Origin: an uncultured delta proteobacterium
GTDB lineage: Bacteria; Desulfobacterota; Binatia; UBA9968
Direction of reading: 5' to 3'
Assembly: GCA_963745835.1 (NCBI GenBank)
Contig: CAVUZH010000013.1
Coordinates: 768,001 to 832,000 of the forward strand
DNA length: 64,000 nucleotides
The position numbers were made by a program, and so were the translations under genes. A model generated the notes under the pieces. The model ran no database searches, was not told the DNA's origin, and saw nothing but the letters and a program-made list of their open reading frames with translations. Shown piece after piece: positions 23,188 through 32,552 of this stretch; within the stretch, counting starts at the first letter, position 1; every line of letters starts with the position of its first letter.

Positions 23188-23814
23188 ATGCGCCCAGACA
23201 AATTTCTTACTGAAGCGGAGCAAGAACGCGTTCACCAGGCGGTGATCGCGGCGGAGTCCAAGACTTCCGGCGAAATTGTGCCGATGGTTGTCACGTCCAG
23301 CGCGCGTTACACTGAGATCGAACTGTTTGGCGTAGTCACCGGGCTTTTTCTTGGGATGCTTTTGGGCTGGCTCTGGCATGATCCCTGGGGATCCTATGGT
23401 CTCAATTTGTGGCCGGTAATCGGCGCCACTGTCGGCTTTTTGATCGCCCGCATTCCTGCAGTGAAGCGCCGCCTAGCTTCGCGAAGTCGCGTCGAGGAAG
23501 CTGTAAACGATCGTTGTATGGCTGCATTCACCGAGCACGGCCTCCATTACACACGCGACCATACCGGCATTTTAATCCTGGTGTCATTATTGGAGCATCG
23601 AGTCGAAGTTCTGGCGGACCGTGGTATCAACGAAAAAGTTCCGCCAGGCACTTGGGATGAAGTCGTCGAGATTGTCACCGCGGGTTTGAAGTCACGCCAC
23701 GCCGGCGATGCTTTTTGCAAAGCGGTGAAGCGGTGCGGCGATATCCTAGCAACTCACTTTCCGCGCCAGGCGGACGACCGCGACGAACTTCCCAATAAGC
23801 TCATTAATGATTGA
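23188..23814 (+). CDS. TPM domain membrane protein
   Basis: AESKTSGEIV, TGILILVSLLEHRVEVLADRGI, DELPN; typical third gene of lemA-TPM operons. Confidence 0.88.
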   Translation: MRPDKFLTEAEQERVHQAVIAAESKTSGEIVPMVVTSSARYTEIELFGVVTGLFLGMLLGWLWHDPWGSYGLNLWPVIGATVGFLIARIPAVKRRLASRSRVEEAVNDRCMAAFTEHGLHYTRDHTGILILVSLLEHRVEVLADRGINEKVPPGTWDEVVEIVTAGLKSRHAGDAFCKAVKRCGDILATHFPRQADDRDELPNKLIND

Positions 23815-23819
23815 GGATT

Positions 23820-25877
23820 TTACTTGTATGCCAAGCGCACGTCCACCGCGGCTACGCCGCGACCCTGCGCCCGCACCATCAAAGGATTGATTTCTAGATC
23901 CGTTAGATGATTGCGATGCGCGGCAAAAATATCCGACAAGCCGACCATCGCTTTAACCAGCGCGTCAGCGTCCCGCGGGCCTTGCCCGCGAACACCCTGG
24001 AGCACTTTGAAGCCGCGAAGCTCTTGCAACATCCGGCGCGCTTCTCCTTCATCGACCGGCAGCAGGCGAATCGCCACATCTTTCAGCACTTCGACGAGAA
24101 TGCCGCCGAGCCCGACCATCAAAAACGGACCGTATTGCGGATCCGTGCGCGCTCCCAGCAGCACCTCCGTGCCCTGCACCATTTCCTGAATTAGCAGATG
24201 GCCTTTGCCTAGCGTTTTGGATAGAAGCTTCTGTCCCTCAGCAACCACTTCCTCGGCAGTCTTTAGACCCAATACCACGGCACCGGATTCAGTCTTATGG
24301 ACGATCTCCGCTGCGACCAACTTCAACGCCACCGGAAAGCCAATCTCTTTTGACTTCAATCCCGCTTCGGCTGCGGTCCCAACAAGAAACTGCTTCGGCA
24401 AGCCGATGCCGCGGCTCTGCAACAGCGCATTGAATTTGTCGCCCTTCAGGTCTTCCGGTTTGCCGTTAGCGTCCGGCAGAGTCGGGACACCTAGCCGTTT
24501 GCGTTCGCCGTATAAACCCAAGCCAGCGAGCGCTCGCAGTGTCGGCTTGATCGCCTGCAGAAATGGAATCCCAGCTTGCTCCTGAAAGATTCGGCTCTCG
24601 TCGCTACAGCTGTAGGTCGAGCGGGCAAAAGCGAGGATTGGCTTATCAGTCGCGGCGGCAAGATTTTTGAACAAGGTCGCTTCCCTTTTTTCAGGAAAGC
24701 GCGGCAACTCGCCGTGAATCGCAAGTAAATCGACACCGTCATCCTCGGCATGCAGCTTCACGATATTGATGAAGCCCTGCTCATCGCCAAACCCGGCAAC
24801 ACCGCATTCCAGCGGATTTTCGACGGTCAGCTCCGGCGGGATCAGCGGGCGCACAGCCTCTTTAGTCTTGTCACTCAATTGAGCTAGATTGGTGTTCAGT
24901 TCTTCGGCGTGATCGCAGATCAGGCCTTTCATCCCCCCCGAGTTGACCACGATCGCGGCGCAACTTCCGCGCGGATAACGGCCGGCCATGAAGGCTAAGG
25001 TCATCTCCGTTAGATCTTCCAGAGTCAGGCACCGTATCAGGCCAAGCCGGTTGCACACCGCGTCAAATACTTCATCGGCTCCAGCCAATGCTCCCGTGTG
25101 CGAAATCGCCTGCCGTTTGCCCATTTCCGAGCGCCCAAGCTTGACAACGAGAATCGGCTTGTTCTTGTTGAGAGCCTCACGCGCAACCGCCATGAATTCG
25201 TTGGGGCGGCGGATGCCCTCGGCCATCAGCAGGATAACTTTGGTCCCCGGATCGTCCACCATAAACGAAAGATAATCCACAAGGTCGAGGCTGATTTCAT
25301 TGCCGCTGGAAACCGCGTAGCTAAAACCAATGCCGCGCTCGGTCGCGCCCTTAATCCAATTACCCAGTGAGCCGCCGCTCTGAAAAATCAGACCCACAGG
25401 ACCTTTCTTTAGCAATGGCGTCGAGGTAGGAAACGTCCAGAGGCCTTCGGATAAAGAGTACGAGCCCATGCAATTTGGCCCGCAAATGACAAAACCGGTG
25501 CGCTCACACAATTCCTTCATCGCATGGGCGCGTTCCTTGCCCATGGGATCGTCGCCTTCGCCAAATCCTGCAGTATAGATCGTCGCTGATTTGGTGCCGA
25601 GTTTGGCCGCCTCTTCTAAAGTGCCCAACACGGCTCGGGTCGGAATCAAAATCAGCAGTTCCTCGGGAACGTCGGGCAGCGCCGCGAGGTTCGGATAACA
25701 AGGATGGTTTTCGATCTCCTGATAATTCGGATTGATCAAAGAGATTTTCCCCTTGTAAGCTTTCTTTAGATTGCGCAAAATTCCCATCGGCCAACGCCCT
25801 TTTGGTGATGCGCCGACAATGGCTACTGATTTGGCAGAGAGAACATTCTCGACCGGTCTGCGCTGGAATGAAGTCAT
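23820..25877 (-). CDS. Acetate--CoA ligase (ADP-forming) family protein
   Basis: SVAIVGAS, GPNCMG, QSGG, SSGNE, SHTGALAG, ATP-grasp HKTESG, DLEINPL. Confidence 0.9.
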   Translation of the reverse strand: MTSFQRRPVENVLSAKSVAIVGASPKGRWPMGILRNLKKAYKGKISLINPNYQEIENHPCYPNLAALPDVPEELLILIPTRAVLGTLEEAAKLGTKSATIYTAGFGEGDDPMGKERAHAMKELCERTGFVICGPNCMGSYSLSEGLWTFPTSTPLLKKGPVGLIFQSGGSLGNWIKGATERGIGFSYAVSSGNEISLDLVDYLSFMVDDPGTKVILLMAEGIRRPNEFMAVAREALNKNKPILVVKLGRSEMGKRQAISHTGALAGADEVFDAVCNRLGLIRCLTLEDLTEMTLAFMAGRYPRGSCAAIVVNSGGMKGLICDHAEELNTNLAQLSDKTKEAVRPLIPPELTVENPLECGVAGFGDEQGFINIVKLHAEDDGVDLLAIHGELPRFPEKREATLFKNLAAATDKPILAFARSTYSCSDESRIFQEQAGIPFLQAIKPTLRALAGLGLYGERKRLGVPTLPDANGKPEDLKGDKFNALLQSRGIGLPKQFLVGTAAEAGLKSKEIGFPVALKLVAAEIVHKTESGAVVLGLKTAEEVVAEGQKLLSKTLGKGHLLIQEMVQGTEVLLGARTDPQYGPFLMVGLGGILVEVLKDVAIRLLPVDEGEARRMLQELRGFKVLQGVRGQGPRDADALVKAMVGLSDIFAAHRNHLTDLEINPLMVRAQGRGVAAVDVRLAYK

Positions 25878-26004
25878 ACAAATTCCTTGCTAGGTTAAAT
25901 TAGATTTTCCTATCTCATGTTCTAAACGTTGCTGCAACACAGGTGAAATGATGGCGCTGTGTCAACCGCGCATCAGCGGAAGGAAAGCACTGCGATCTGG
26001 ACGC

Positions 26005-26577
26005 CTAGTTGGTAAAAGCCTGGTTTTTCAAAAACGCGTCGGCATCATTCGCGCTAAAAAAAACTAGTCGAACTTCATCGATCGAAGCATTAGATCCGAG
26101 AAATTTTTCAATCGTCTCGGATGACACTTTGGCTGCTTCACTGAGCGGATAACCATAGATACCGGTGGACACCGCGGGGAAGGCGATTGTCTTGAGTCCG
26201 TGCTCTACGGCTAGGCGGAGACAATTTCGGTAACATGACGCCAGCAATTCTGCCTTGTCACCGCCTCCTCTTCCGTAAACCGGACCTACCGTATGAATGA
26301 CATGCTTAGCAGGCATTCTGCCGGCCGTGGTAATGACAGCCTCTCCGGTGGGCAGCCCTTCGGGAAATTCTTTCTTTCGGATTTCTTTACATTGTTTCAA
26401 GATCTCTGGACCGCCCGCTCGGTGAATTGCGCCATCGACGCCGCCGCCACCCATCAAAGTGCCATTGGCGGCATTGACGATCGCGTTTACCTGTTCTTTG
26501 GTGATGTCGCCGACCTTCACCGCAACTCGAGCGTTGAGAAAAGTTTGCAAAATCTCCATCAATTTTGATCCGGCCAT
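26005..26577 (-). CDS. Macrodomain protein (O-acetyl-ADP-ribose deacetylase, YmdB-like)
   Basis: GDIT, AIVNAAN, GGGGVDGAIH, VIHTVGP, AFPAVSTGIYGYP. Confidence 0.93.
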   Translation of the reverse strand: MAGSKLMEILQTFLNARVAVKVGDITKEQVNAIVNAANGTLMGGGGVDGAIHRAGGPEILKQCKEIRKKEFPEGLPTGEAVITTAGRMPAKHVIHTVGPVYGRGGGDKAELLASCYRNCLRLAVEHGLKTIAFPAVSTGIYGYPLSEAAKVSSETIEKFLGSNASIDEVRLVFFSANDADAFLKNQAFTN

Positions 26578-26670
26578 CGCCGAGCAGCTAAACGAAACCT
26601 TTTCCGGTGCGAGAATCGCGACAAAAGCGCTTTACGCAGCCGGCGAGTTGTCCATCAGCCGAGCAAATAA

Positions 26671-28359
26671 TCAATCCCGTGGCGGCGGGGTGTTGCGCAA
26701 TACTTGTCCGGGATAGGCGCCTGTGGCCGCGCCGTTCTCGATCACCACTTCTCCATTGACCACCGTGTGATGCACTCCGGTTGCGCGTTGGATCATTCGC
26801 CGCTCGTTGCCTGGTAGATCTTGGACGTACTCAGGGGCGACTGTGTTGACGGTCTTGGGATCGAACACCGCGATGTCGGCTGCGAGTCCCGCTCTCAAAA
26901 GACCCCGGTCGCGCAGGCCGAATATCGACGCGACATGAAAGGTCAGCTTCGAGACCGCTTCCTCCAAGCTCATAATCCCGTTGTCGCGCACCCAGCGACC
27001 CAAAAAGGTCGTGCAGTAGCCGAACCTGGCGTCATAGCCCATGTGCGCGCCGGCGTCGGATTGGCCGACGATGACAAACGGATTTTTGAGGATCTCACAG
27101 ACCGCTTTGGGATCTCCTTGCGTGGTCACGTGCGAGAAACGGGTTTCGAGATTCTCTTCCAAGGCGATGTCGAGGAACACATCCATGGGATCTTTTCCCT
27201 TGCTCCGCGCAATCTCCTCGAGAGTTCGGCCCTGTAGAGTTTTATTCTTCGGCAGTTTCGCTTCATCGACATAGATGACGTCCCAACGCTTGGGGAAAAC
27301 CGATGGCTCCGGCGAGTTTACCTCGGCGCGCATTTTTTGCCGCGCTTCGGGGTCGGCAAAAATCTTCTGCCTCTCCTCCGCCGGCATAAACATCGCGGCG
27401 CGCCAAGTAGGAAACTCATCGAAGCATTGCGCATCGAGCAGGGTATAGCGGTTCTCGAACGGTTTGGCCTGAGTCATGGCAAAGATCGGCAATCCCTCGT
27501 CACGGAAAACTTTGGCAGTGGATTCAAGCATGCCTTTCCAGTGATCGGGCCGCGTCCAACTATGGCTAATGCTCTGCCACAACACCGGCCGGCCGGTAGC
27601 GCGCGCCAGGTCGGATGCATAGGCAATTCGTCCACGAGCGTCCACACCGCCCCCGCTCAACTGAATCACGCCGGTATTCATATCTCCAAGAACTTCGAGC
27701 AAGGCCAAGAGCTCTTGATTGGAGGCTACCCGGCTAGCTACAGGCTTGCCGTCTTCGCGCATGTGGCGGGGGTTCTGATTGGTTGAAAAGCCGACGGCGC
27801 CCGCAGCCATGCCCTTGCGCACCAACTGCTGCATCTGGGCGATTTCTTCCGGTCTCGCTTCACGCTCAACCGCGTCTTCTCCCATCACGTAGTGACGCAC
27901 GGCGATGTGGCCGATCAGCGCCGCGACATTGATACCCAGACGGGTGCCAAGCACATCCAGGTATTCGTCGGTGGATACCCACTTCCAGTCGATTCCCTCT
28001 TCGAGAACTCTGCGGCTAATAGCTTCGACGCGAACGAAACTTTTGATCACCGCCTCGCGGCCCTCCGGCTTGCATGGCGCCAGGCTCAGACCGCAATTTC
28101 CCACCACCGACGAAGTCACGCCATGAAAACACGACGAAGTACCTAAAGGATCCCAGAGCAACTGCGCGTCGAGATGCGTGTGCGGATCGATGAATCCAGG
28201 CGTCACCGCCAGGCCTTCGACATTCAAGGTACGTTTGGCCGTACCATTGAGACGGCCGATTGCGGCGATCTTTCCTCCCGCCACCGCGACATCGGCAGTG
28301 AAGCTGGGCATGCCGGAACCGTCATAAACTCTTCCACCCTTGAGCAAAAGATCGAACAT
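26671..28359 (-). CDS. N-acyl-D-amino-acid deacylase family amidohydrolase
   Basis: PGFIDPHTHLD, VGNCGLS, SDAGAH, DRGLLRAG. Confidence 0.9.
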   Translation of the reverse strand: MFDLLLKGGRVYDGSGMPSFTADVAVAGGKIAAIGRLNGTAKRTLNVEGLAVTPGFIDPHTHLDAQLLWDPLGTSSCFHGVTSSVVGNCGLSLAPCKPEGREAVIKSFVRVEAISRRVLEEGIDWKWVSTDEYLDVLGTRLGINVAALIGHIAVRHYVMGEDAVEREARPEEIAQMQQLVRKGMAAGAVGFSTNQNPRHMREDGKPVASRVASNQELLALLEVLGDMNTGVIQLSGGGVDARGRIAYASDLARATGRPVLWQSISHSWTRPDHWKGMLESTAKVFRDEGLPIFAMTQAKPFENRYTLLDAQCFDEFPTWRAAMFMPAEERQKIFADPEARQKMRAEVNSPEPSVFPKRWDVIYVDEAKLPKNKTLQGRTLEEIARSKGKDPMDVFLDIALEENLETRFSHVTTQGDPKAVCEILKNPFVIVGQSDAGAHMGYDARFGYCTTFLGRWVRDNGIMSLEEAVSKLTFHVASIFGLRDRGLLRAGLAADIAVFDPKTVNTVAPEYVQDLPGNERRMIQRATGVHHTVVNGEVVIENGAATGAYPGQVLRNTPPPRD

Positions 28360-28504
28360 CGTGTCTCCTTCAATACCACCAGCCGTCAGAGACGTTAATC
28401 AGTTCCGGCGTCGTTGGTGATTGATCATCCGGAATAATCGAAAAGCCATTGAGGTAAAGCAAAAAGTTTGTGCCTCCAAGCCGCCCTGGAGCGAAAATTA
28501 TCTG

Positions 28505-29245
28505 CTATGCCTCAGGCAAAAGCCTGCTCTCTTTCAATAGCGGCACGAGCTGGTCCTGACTGTGAATCAGCATGTTCGGTTTGGCAGCCATCAAGGTCTC
28601 TTCATCGTTGTAGGAGTATCCATTGGAGAGCGCAATCGTGACGACTTCGAGATGATTGCCCGCGACTTTACACCCACCCACATTGTTCCCCGCGCGAATA
28701 TAGGATGCAGTTCCAGTGAGTAAGACAAGTCTTAAGCTCGGCAGCTTGTGCTCTCTGAACAGATAGTACAGCCCCTGTTCTTTCGCATAGTAGGTCTCGT
28801 CGCGATCAACGATTTCAGCGAAGTATTTGCCAATGCCGAAAGTCTCCATCGCGTGATGTTGATATCTTCGTCCACCCGTGGTCAATAGCACATTGCGCAG
28901 CCCGGCGCCCTGAGTACTTTTCAGCGATTCCTCAATTCCGGGAACGAAATTCGGAGGTTTGGTGTCGAAGCTGTGTTTCCGGGCGATCTCCAGCGCCTGG
29001 GTGCGTATCTCCAGGCGTTTTTTTTCATTGAAGATTATGTTGGCGTCCGCTTTGTACTCATCGGCGAAAACCAAAGGGATCAAAAATAAATCGAAAGGGC
29101 CGTCGGCAATCTTACGCAGCCTTTCAAACGGCAGCGGGTGAAGTCCATACCTGGGCAGAATCTCCGTGGTGATTGTGAGAACCCGTTGAATGTCGGTCTC
29201 CACCGTATCGGACATTGTCCTAACCAAAAATGTCACGGTTCCCAT
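28505..29245 (-). CDS. Hypothetical protein, degenerate HAD-like fold
   Basis: GGAGG RBS; FVPGIEESL, LLTTG, FGIGKYFAEIV, GYS...LMAAKPNMLIHS resemble phosphoglycolate-phosphatase-type HAD proteins, but no DxD motif. Confidence 0.6.
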   Translation of the reverse strand: MGTVTFLVRTMSDTVETDIQRVLTITTEILPRYGLHPLPFERLRKIADGPFDLFLIPLVFADEYKADANIIFNEKKRLEIRTQALEIARKHSFDTKPPNFVPGIEESLKSTQGAGLRNVLLTTGGRRYQHHAMETFGIGKYFAEIVDRDETYYAKEQGLYYLFREHKLPSLRLVLLTGTASYIRAGNNVGGCKVAGNHLEVVTIALSNGYSYNDEETLMAAKPNMLIHSQDQLVPLLKESRLLPEA

Positions 29246-29402
29246 GGGATGCCTCCAGACAAGCGATACTATTCGAAGCCAAATGAGCTGGCAAGCGACT
29301 CTGGCGTTTCCTATGCGGTCGGGACCGCGGACAAATTTCAGCTTCACAGGCAGGGCAACGTAGGAGAAAACGCACAGCGCATTGAAGAATGACGATAATA
29401 TT

Positions 29403-29684
29403 CTACCGGGGAGTTTCTTCGAACGGCAGCCGGTGTTGGCGTTCGGAATTGCATTTTTTGCAACTAGGCACAAGATTGCCTTTGGTGGATTTACCACCTC
29501 GAATGATCGGCACAAGATGATCCATGGTCAAAATTGCCGCCGGGAATTTGCCGCCGCAATGGTGGCAGAGGCCAAGGGCTCGCTTGCGCTTCCACCACTG
29601 GCTGGCACGCAGCTCTCGAGCCTTTCGGCGCTCGCGGCGGATTTCTTCTTCACTGACCGTGACTAGAAACGAAGTCGGTTCCAT
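29403..29684 (-). CDS. Small HNH endonuclease domain protein
   Basis: CHHC...TMDHLVPIIRGGKSTKGNLVPSCKKCN. Confidence 0.88.
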   Translation of the reverse strand: MEPTSFLVTVSEEEIRRERRKARELRASQWWKRKRALGLCHHCGGKFPAAILTMDHLVPIIRGGKSTKGNLVPSCKKCNSERQHRLPFEETPR

Positions 29685-29699
29685 GCGGATAATAAAAAA

Positions 29700-29891
29700 C
29701 TATCTGTACCATCGTTTGATATTCATGAAATAGATGGCAAAAGCGATTGCGGCCAGAAAATAGCCGGCCGCCTGAAACAGTGCCCAGCCGTCGCCGGATT
29801 GTAGATATCGCGACAACTGCCAAAATGAAAAGCCGAAGAAGAAGATGATCGAGGTGGCGATCAGTATCCGATGGGCGGTAATCAATCTCAT
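29700..29891 (-). CDS. Small membrane protein (two TM helices)
   Basis: MRLITAHRILIATSIIFFFGF...LAAIAFAIYF; co-oriented with the HNH gene. Confidence 0.7.
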   Translation of the reverse strand: MRLITAHRILIATSIIFFFGFSFWQLSRYLQSGDGWALFQAAGYFLAAIAFAIYFMNIKRWYR

Positions 29892-30007
29892 GGGATTAGT
29901 GAAACACCAAGCTCTCAGCAACTGCAAGGAAGCGAATTGAACATTGCTTGCCTCGATCAAGATTACATCGCGTGCACTCGGCACGCTATTGTTATAAGGA
30001 GACAATC

Positions 30008-30388
30008 ATGAGTCGAGAAATAGTCCAAACCAGTGAAGCTCCAAAAGCAATCGGCCCTTATGCGCAGGCGATTAAAGCACACGGTTTTGTCTACACCGCC
30101 GGGCAAATCGCTATTCTCCCTGACAGCGGCGAGATGATCGAGGGCGGCACCGCCGCCCAGACGCGCCAAGTCTTTGCCAACCTCGCAGCGGTTTTGAAAG
30201 CAGCGGGAACATCGATGGATCAAGTGGTCAAGGCAACGGTATTCTTGCGCCACATGACCGACTTTGCCGCGATGAATGAAGTTTATGCAGAGCATCTCGG
30301 TAAGGCTACGCCAGCCAGGTCAACGGTGGCGGTGACGGAACTACCTCGGGGAGCGCTGGTCGAGATCGATCTGATTGCAGAGGTGTAG
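30008..30388 (+). CDS. RidA family enamine/imine deaminase
   Basis: APKAIGPYAQA, DFAAMNEVY, PARSTV, VEID; AAGGAG RBS. Confidence 0.93.
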   Translation: MSREIVQTSEAPKAIGPYAQAIKAHGFVYTAGQIAILPDSGEMIEGGTAAQTRQVFANLAAVLKAAGTSMDQVVKATVFLRHMTDFAAMNEVYAEHLGKATPARSTVAVTELPRGALVEIDLIAEV

Positions 30389-30403
30389 GGCGAGAACGAT
30401 CTG

Positions 30404-30973
30404 CTAAGTGCGGGAAACCATCCGCAGGAGTTTCTGCAGCACGGTCTCCACAATGTTAGTCAAAGAATCGGTGCCGGTTTTAATGGTTTCTTCGCCCGGC
30501 GGGTATGCGAACATCCCCTTGGTGCCGGTGACCACCCAGGATTTTTCATCACCGTCGGTTTTGGTCAGCTTCTTGCCGGTTGTTGTCCTGGCACCCATAT
30601 TTTTGCCGCGAACTTTTTCCTGGTGGTTCTTGTAGCGCGTAAACTGCCCGCGATTAAGCCAGATCGCGTCGCACTTGAAACAGCGTTGAAACTGAACATC
30701 GGCTCCTAGTGAAGGTTCCTTGACCGCCGACATTCGGGCGGTACAGCGTGAGCAAAAAAGTTCTTTTTTCATTAAAGGCAGCGGCACCTGGAGGAGTTCC
30801 TGGTCGGCGGGCTCCAGACGCGCCGCTTCATCGTCTTGTATCGGAAAGAGTTCCCATTTATCGCACCAGATACCGCCGCATTGGCCGCATTGATCCAGTT
30901 CGATAAGCGAGCCCGGATTGGCGCGCGCAGTGACCGGCTTCATCGGCACATCGCATTGCGGGCAACGCACCAC
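30404..30973 (-). CDS. Double zf-TFIIB-type zinc-ribbon protein
   Basis: CPQC...CGQCGGIWCDKWEL and CSRC...CFKCDAIWLNRGQ; AAGGAG RBS before GTG 30973. Confidence 0.85.
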   Translation of the reverse strand: MVRCPQCDVPMKPVTARANPGSLIELDQCGQCGGIWCDKWELFPIQDDEAARLEPADQELLQVPLPLMKKELFCSRCTARMSAVKEPSLGADVQFQRCFKCDAIWLNRGQFTRYKNHQEKVRGKNMGARTTTGKKLTKTDGDEKSWVVTGTKGMFAYPPGEETIKTGTDSLTNIVETVLQKLLRMVSRT

Positions 30974-30974
30974 T

Positions 30975-31979
30975 TCAGCGCGCTCCTTGCGCATCGATGG
31001 CTTCAACTCCGAACTGCGCTGCAGATCGCGGCAAGGCTCCCATTTGATACAGCAGCATAATCCGCCGATTGATCGGCGGATGGCTGCTCAATAGATCAGC
31101 GAGCTTCCCGTCGCTACCATCGATACGCCGGCGCAACGGGTTGATGAAAAAAAGATGGGCGGTGCCGCGCGTCGCTTTCTGAAACGGTATCCCGGCATCG
31201 CGGATCTTTTCCAAAGCCATTGCCAGACCCCGTGGATTGCGGGTGAATTCGACGGCGCTGGCATCGGCCAAATACTCGCGCTGCCGCGACACCGCCATTG
31301 CCAAGAGCCGCGAGATCAAAGGAGAGATGACGATCAGCAGCAACGCCGGAATCGCCAGGAACGCCTGGGCGCTTGGGCGCCGCAGAGATCGCGCGCCAAA
31401 GATTGAGCGCTGTGCCCAGTCGGAGAGCAGAACCACACCACCGAAAAGGACGCTGATCAGCAGCATGACCAATGTGTCATTGTTTTTGATATGCGCCATT
31501 TCATGGGCCACCACGCCTTGAGTTTCCTCGCGACCGAGCAAGATCAACAGCCCAGCGGTGACGCAAATCGCCGCCGATTCCTGATCTCGCCCGGTGGCAA
31601 ATGCGTTGGGCGCAGGATCGTACGTGACATAGACTTTCGGCATCCGGCAGCCCGATGCCAGCGCCATCTCTGTAACCACATTGTGCAGTTCGCGATGCTC
31701 GGGTATTTGGATGTCTAACGGTTCGGCGCCGACCGACGACAGAATCAATTTGCTGCCCTCGCGGTAACCTGTGTATGCAAGTGTCGCCGAAAGACCCAGC
31801 GCGATCACTGTAGCAATGGGAAACGAAGGCCCGCGCGCAGTAAATGCGTCCAGGTAGAGGTAATCGATAGACAGCCCTATGAGAAAAAAGAATAACAAAA
31901 AGCAAAACACGATGAACGCGCTGATCCGGCGATTGCGGGCTTGACGTTCAGCAAAATCTCGCGGCTTGAGGATATCCAG
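30975..31979 (-). CDS. HtpX-like M48 family zinc metalloprotease
   Basis: PNAFATG, VAHEMAHI, SRQREYLAD, SHPP; start unclear (CTG 31979 or GTG 31910; see findings). Confidence 0.9.
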   Translation of the reverse strand: MDILKPRDFAERQARNRRISAFIVFCFLLFFFLIGLSIDYLYLDAFTARGPSFPIATVIALGLSATLAYTGYREGSKLILSSVGAEPLDIQIPEHRELHNVVTEMALASGCRMPKVYVTYDPAPNAFATGRDQESAAICVTAGLLILLGREETQGVVAHEMAHIKNNDTLVMLLISVLFGGVVLLSDWAQRSIFGARSLRRPSAQAFLAIPALLLIVISPLISRLLAMAVSRQREYLADASAVEFTRNPRGLAMALEKIRDAGIPFQKATRGTAHLFFINPLRRRIDGSDGKLADLLSSHPPINRRIMLLYQMGALPRSAAQFGVEAIDAQGAR

Positions 31980-31988
31980 TTTGCCGGC

Positions 31989-32552
31989 CTAAAAGAGGAG
32001 GGAGAGTTTAAGGCTCACGCGCGGCACCGCTCGTTCCGCTTCGGGAACCGAGAAGAACTCGCTCGGCTGAAAGCGGAAGAAGCCGGCAATCAGGTTGGAC
32101 GGAAACACTTCCTGTTTCATGTTATAACGCATGACCAGATCGTTATAGTATTGCCGGGCAAAAGCAATTTGGTTTTCAGTGGTGGTCAATTCTTCCTGAA
32201 GGCGCAGGACGTTCTGGTTCGCTTTCAGATCCGGATAATTTTCCATCAGCGCGAAAATTTGCCCCAGTGACTGGGTTAACGCAGTTTGTGCTTCAGCATT
32301 GTCTTTAACTCCGGTCGACGCCATGGCTCTGCTTCGCGCATCGATGACTTTTTGCAAGGTATCCTGCTCGTGTTGCATGTAGCCCTTGACGGTTTCGACA
32401 AGATTCGGAATCAAGTCATAACGCCGTTTAAGCTGCACATCGATCTGCTTCCAGGCATTCTCGATCTGATGCCGCAGCGCCACTAAGCCGTTGTAAGTCC
32501 AAATCAGCCCAACTGCGATCACAAGAAGGATCGCCCAAAATAGCCAAATCAT
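31989..32552 (-). CDS. lemA: LemA family protein (TM-anchored type)
   Basis: YNGLV, WKQIDVQLKRRYDLIPNLV, YPDLKAN, TENQIAFARQYYN; ATGA overlap with upstream gene. Confidence 0.93.
   Translation of the reverse strand: MIWLFWAILLVIAVGLIWTYNGLVALRHQIENAWKQIDVQLKRRYDLIPNLVETVKGYMQHEQDTLQKVIDARSRAMASTGVKDNAEAQTALTQSLGQIFALMENYPDLKANQNVLRLQEELTTTENQIAFARQYYNDLVMRYNMKQEVFPSNLIAGFFRFQPSEFFSVPEAERAVPRVSLKLSLLF

Noticed and set aside
29403-29684. HNH protein (and macrodomain at 26005-26577) as an anti-phage or toxin system
   Set aside because: Both look like widespread standalone families; they are not adjacent and have no defence-type partners.
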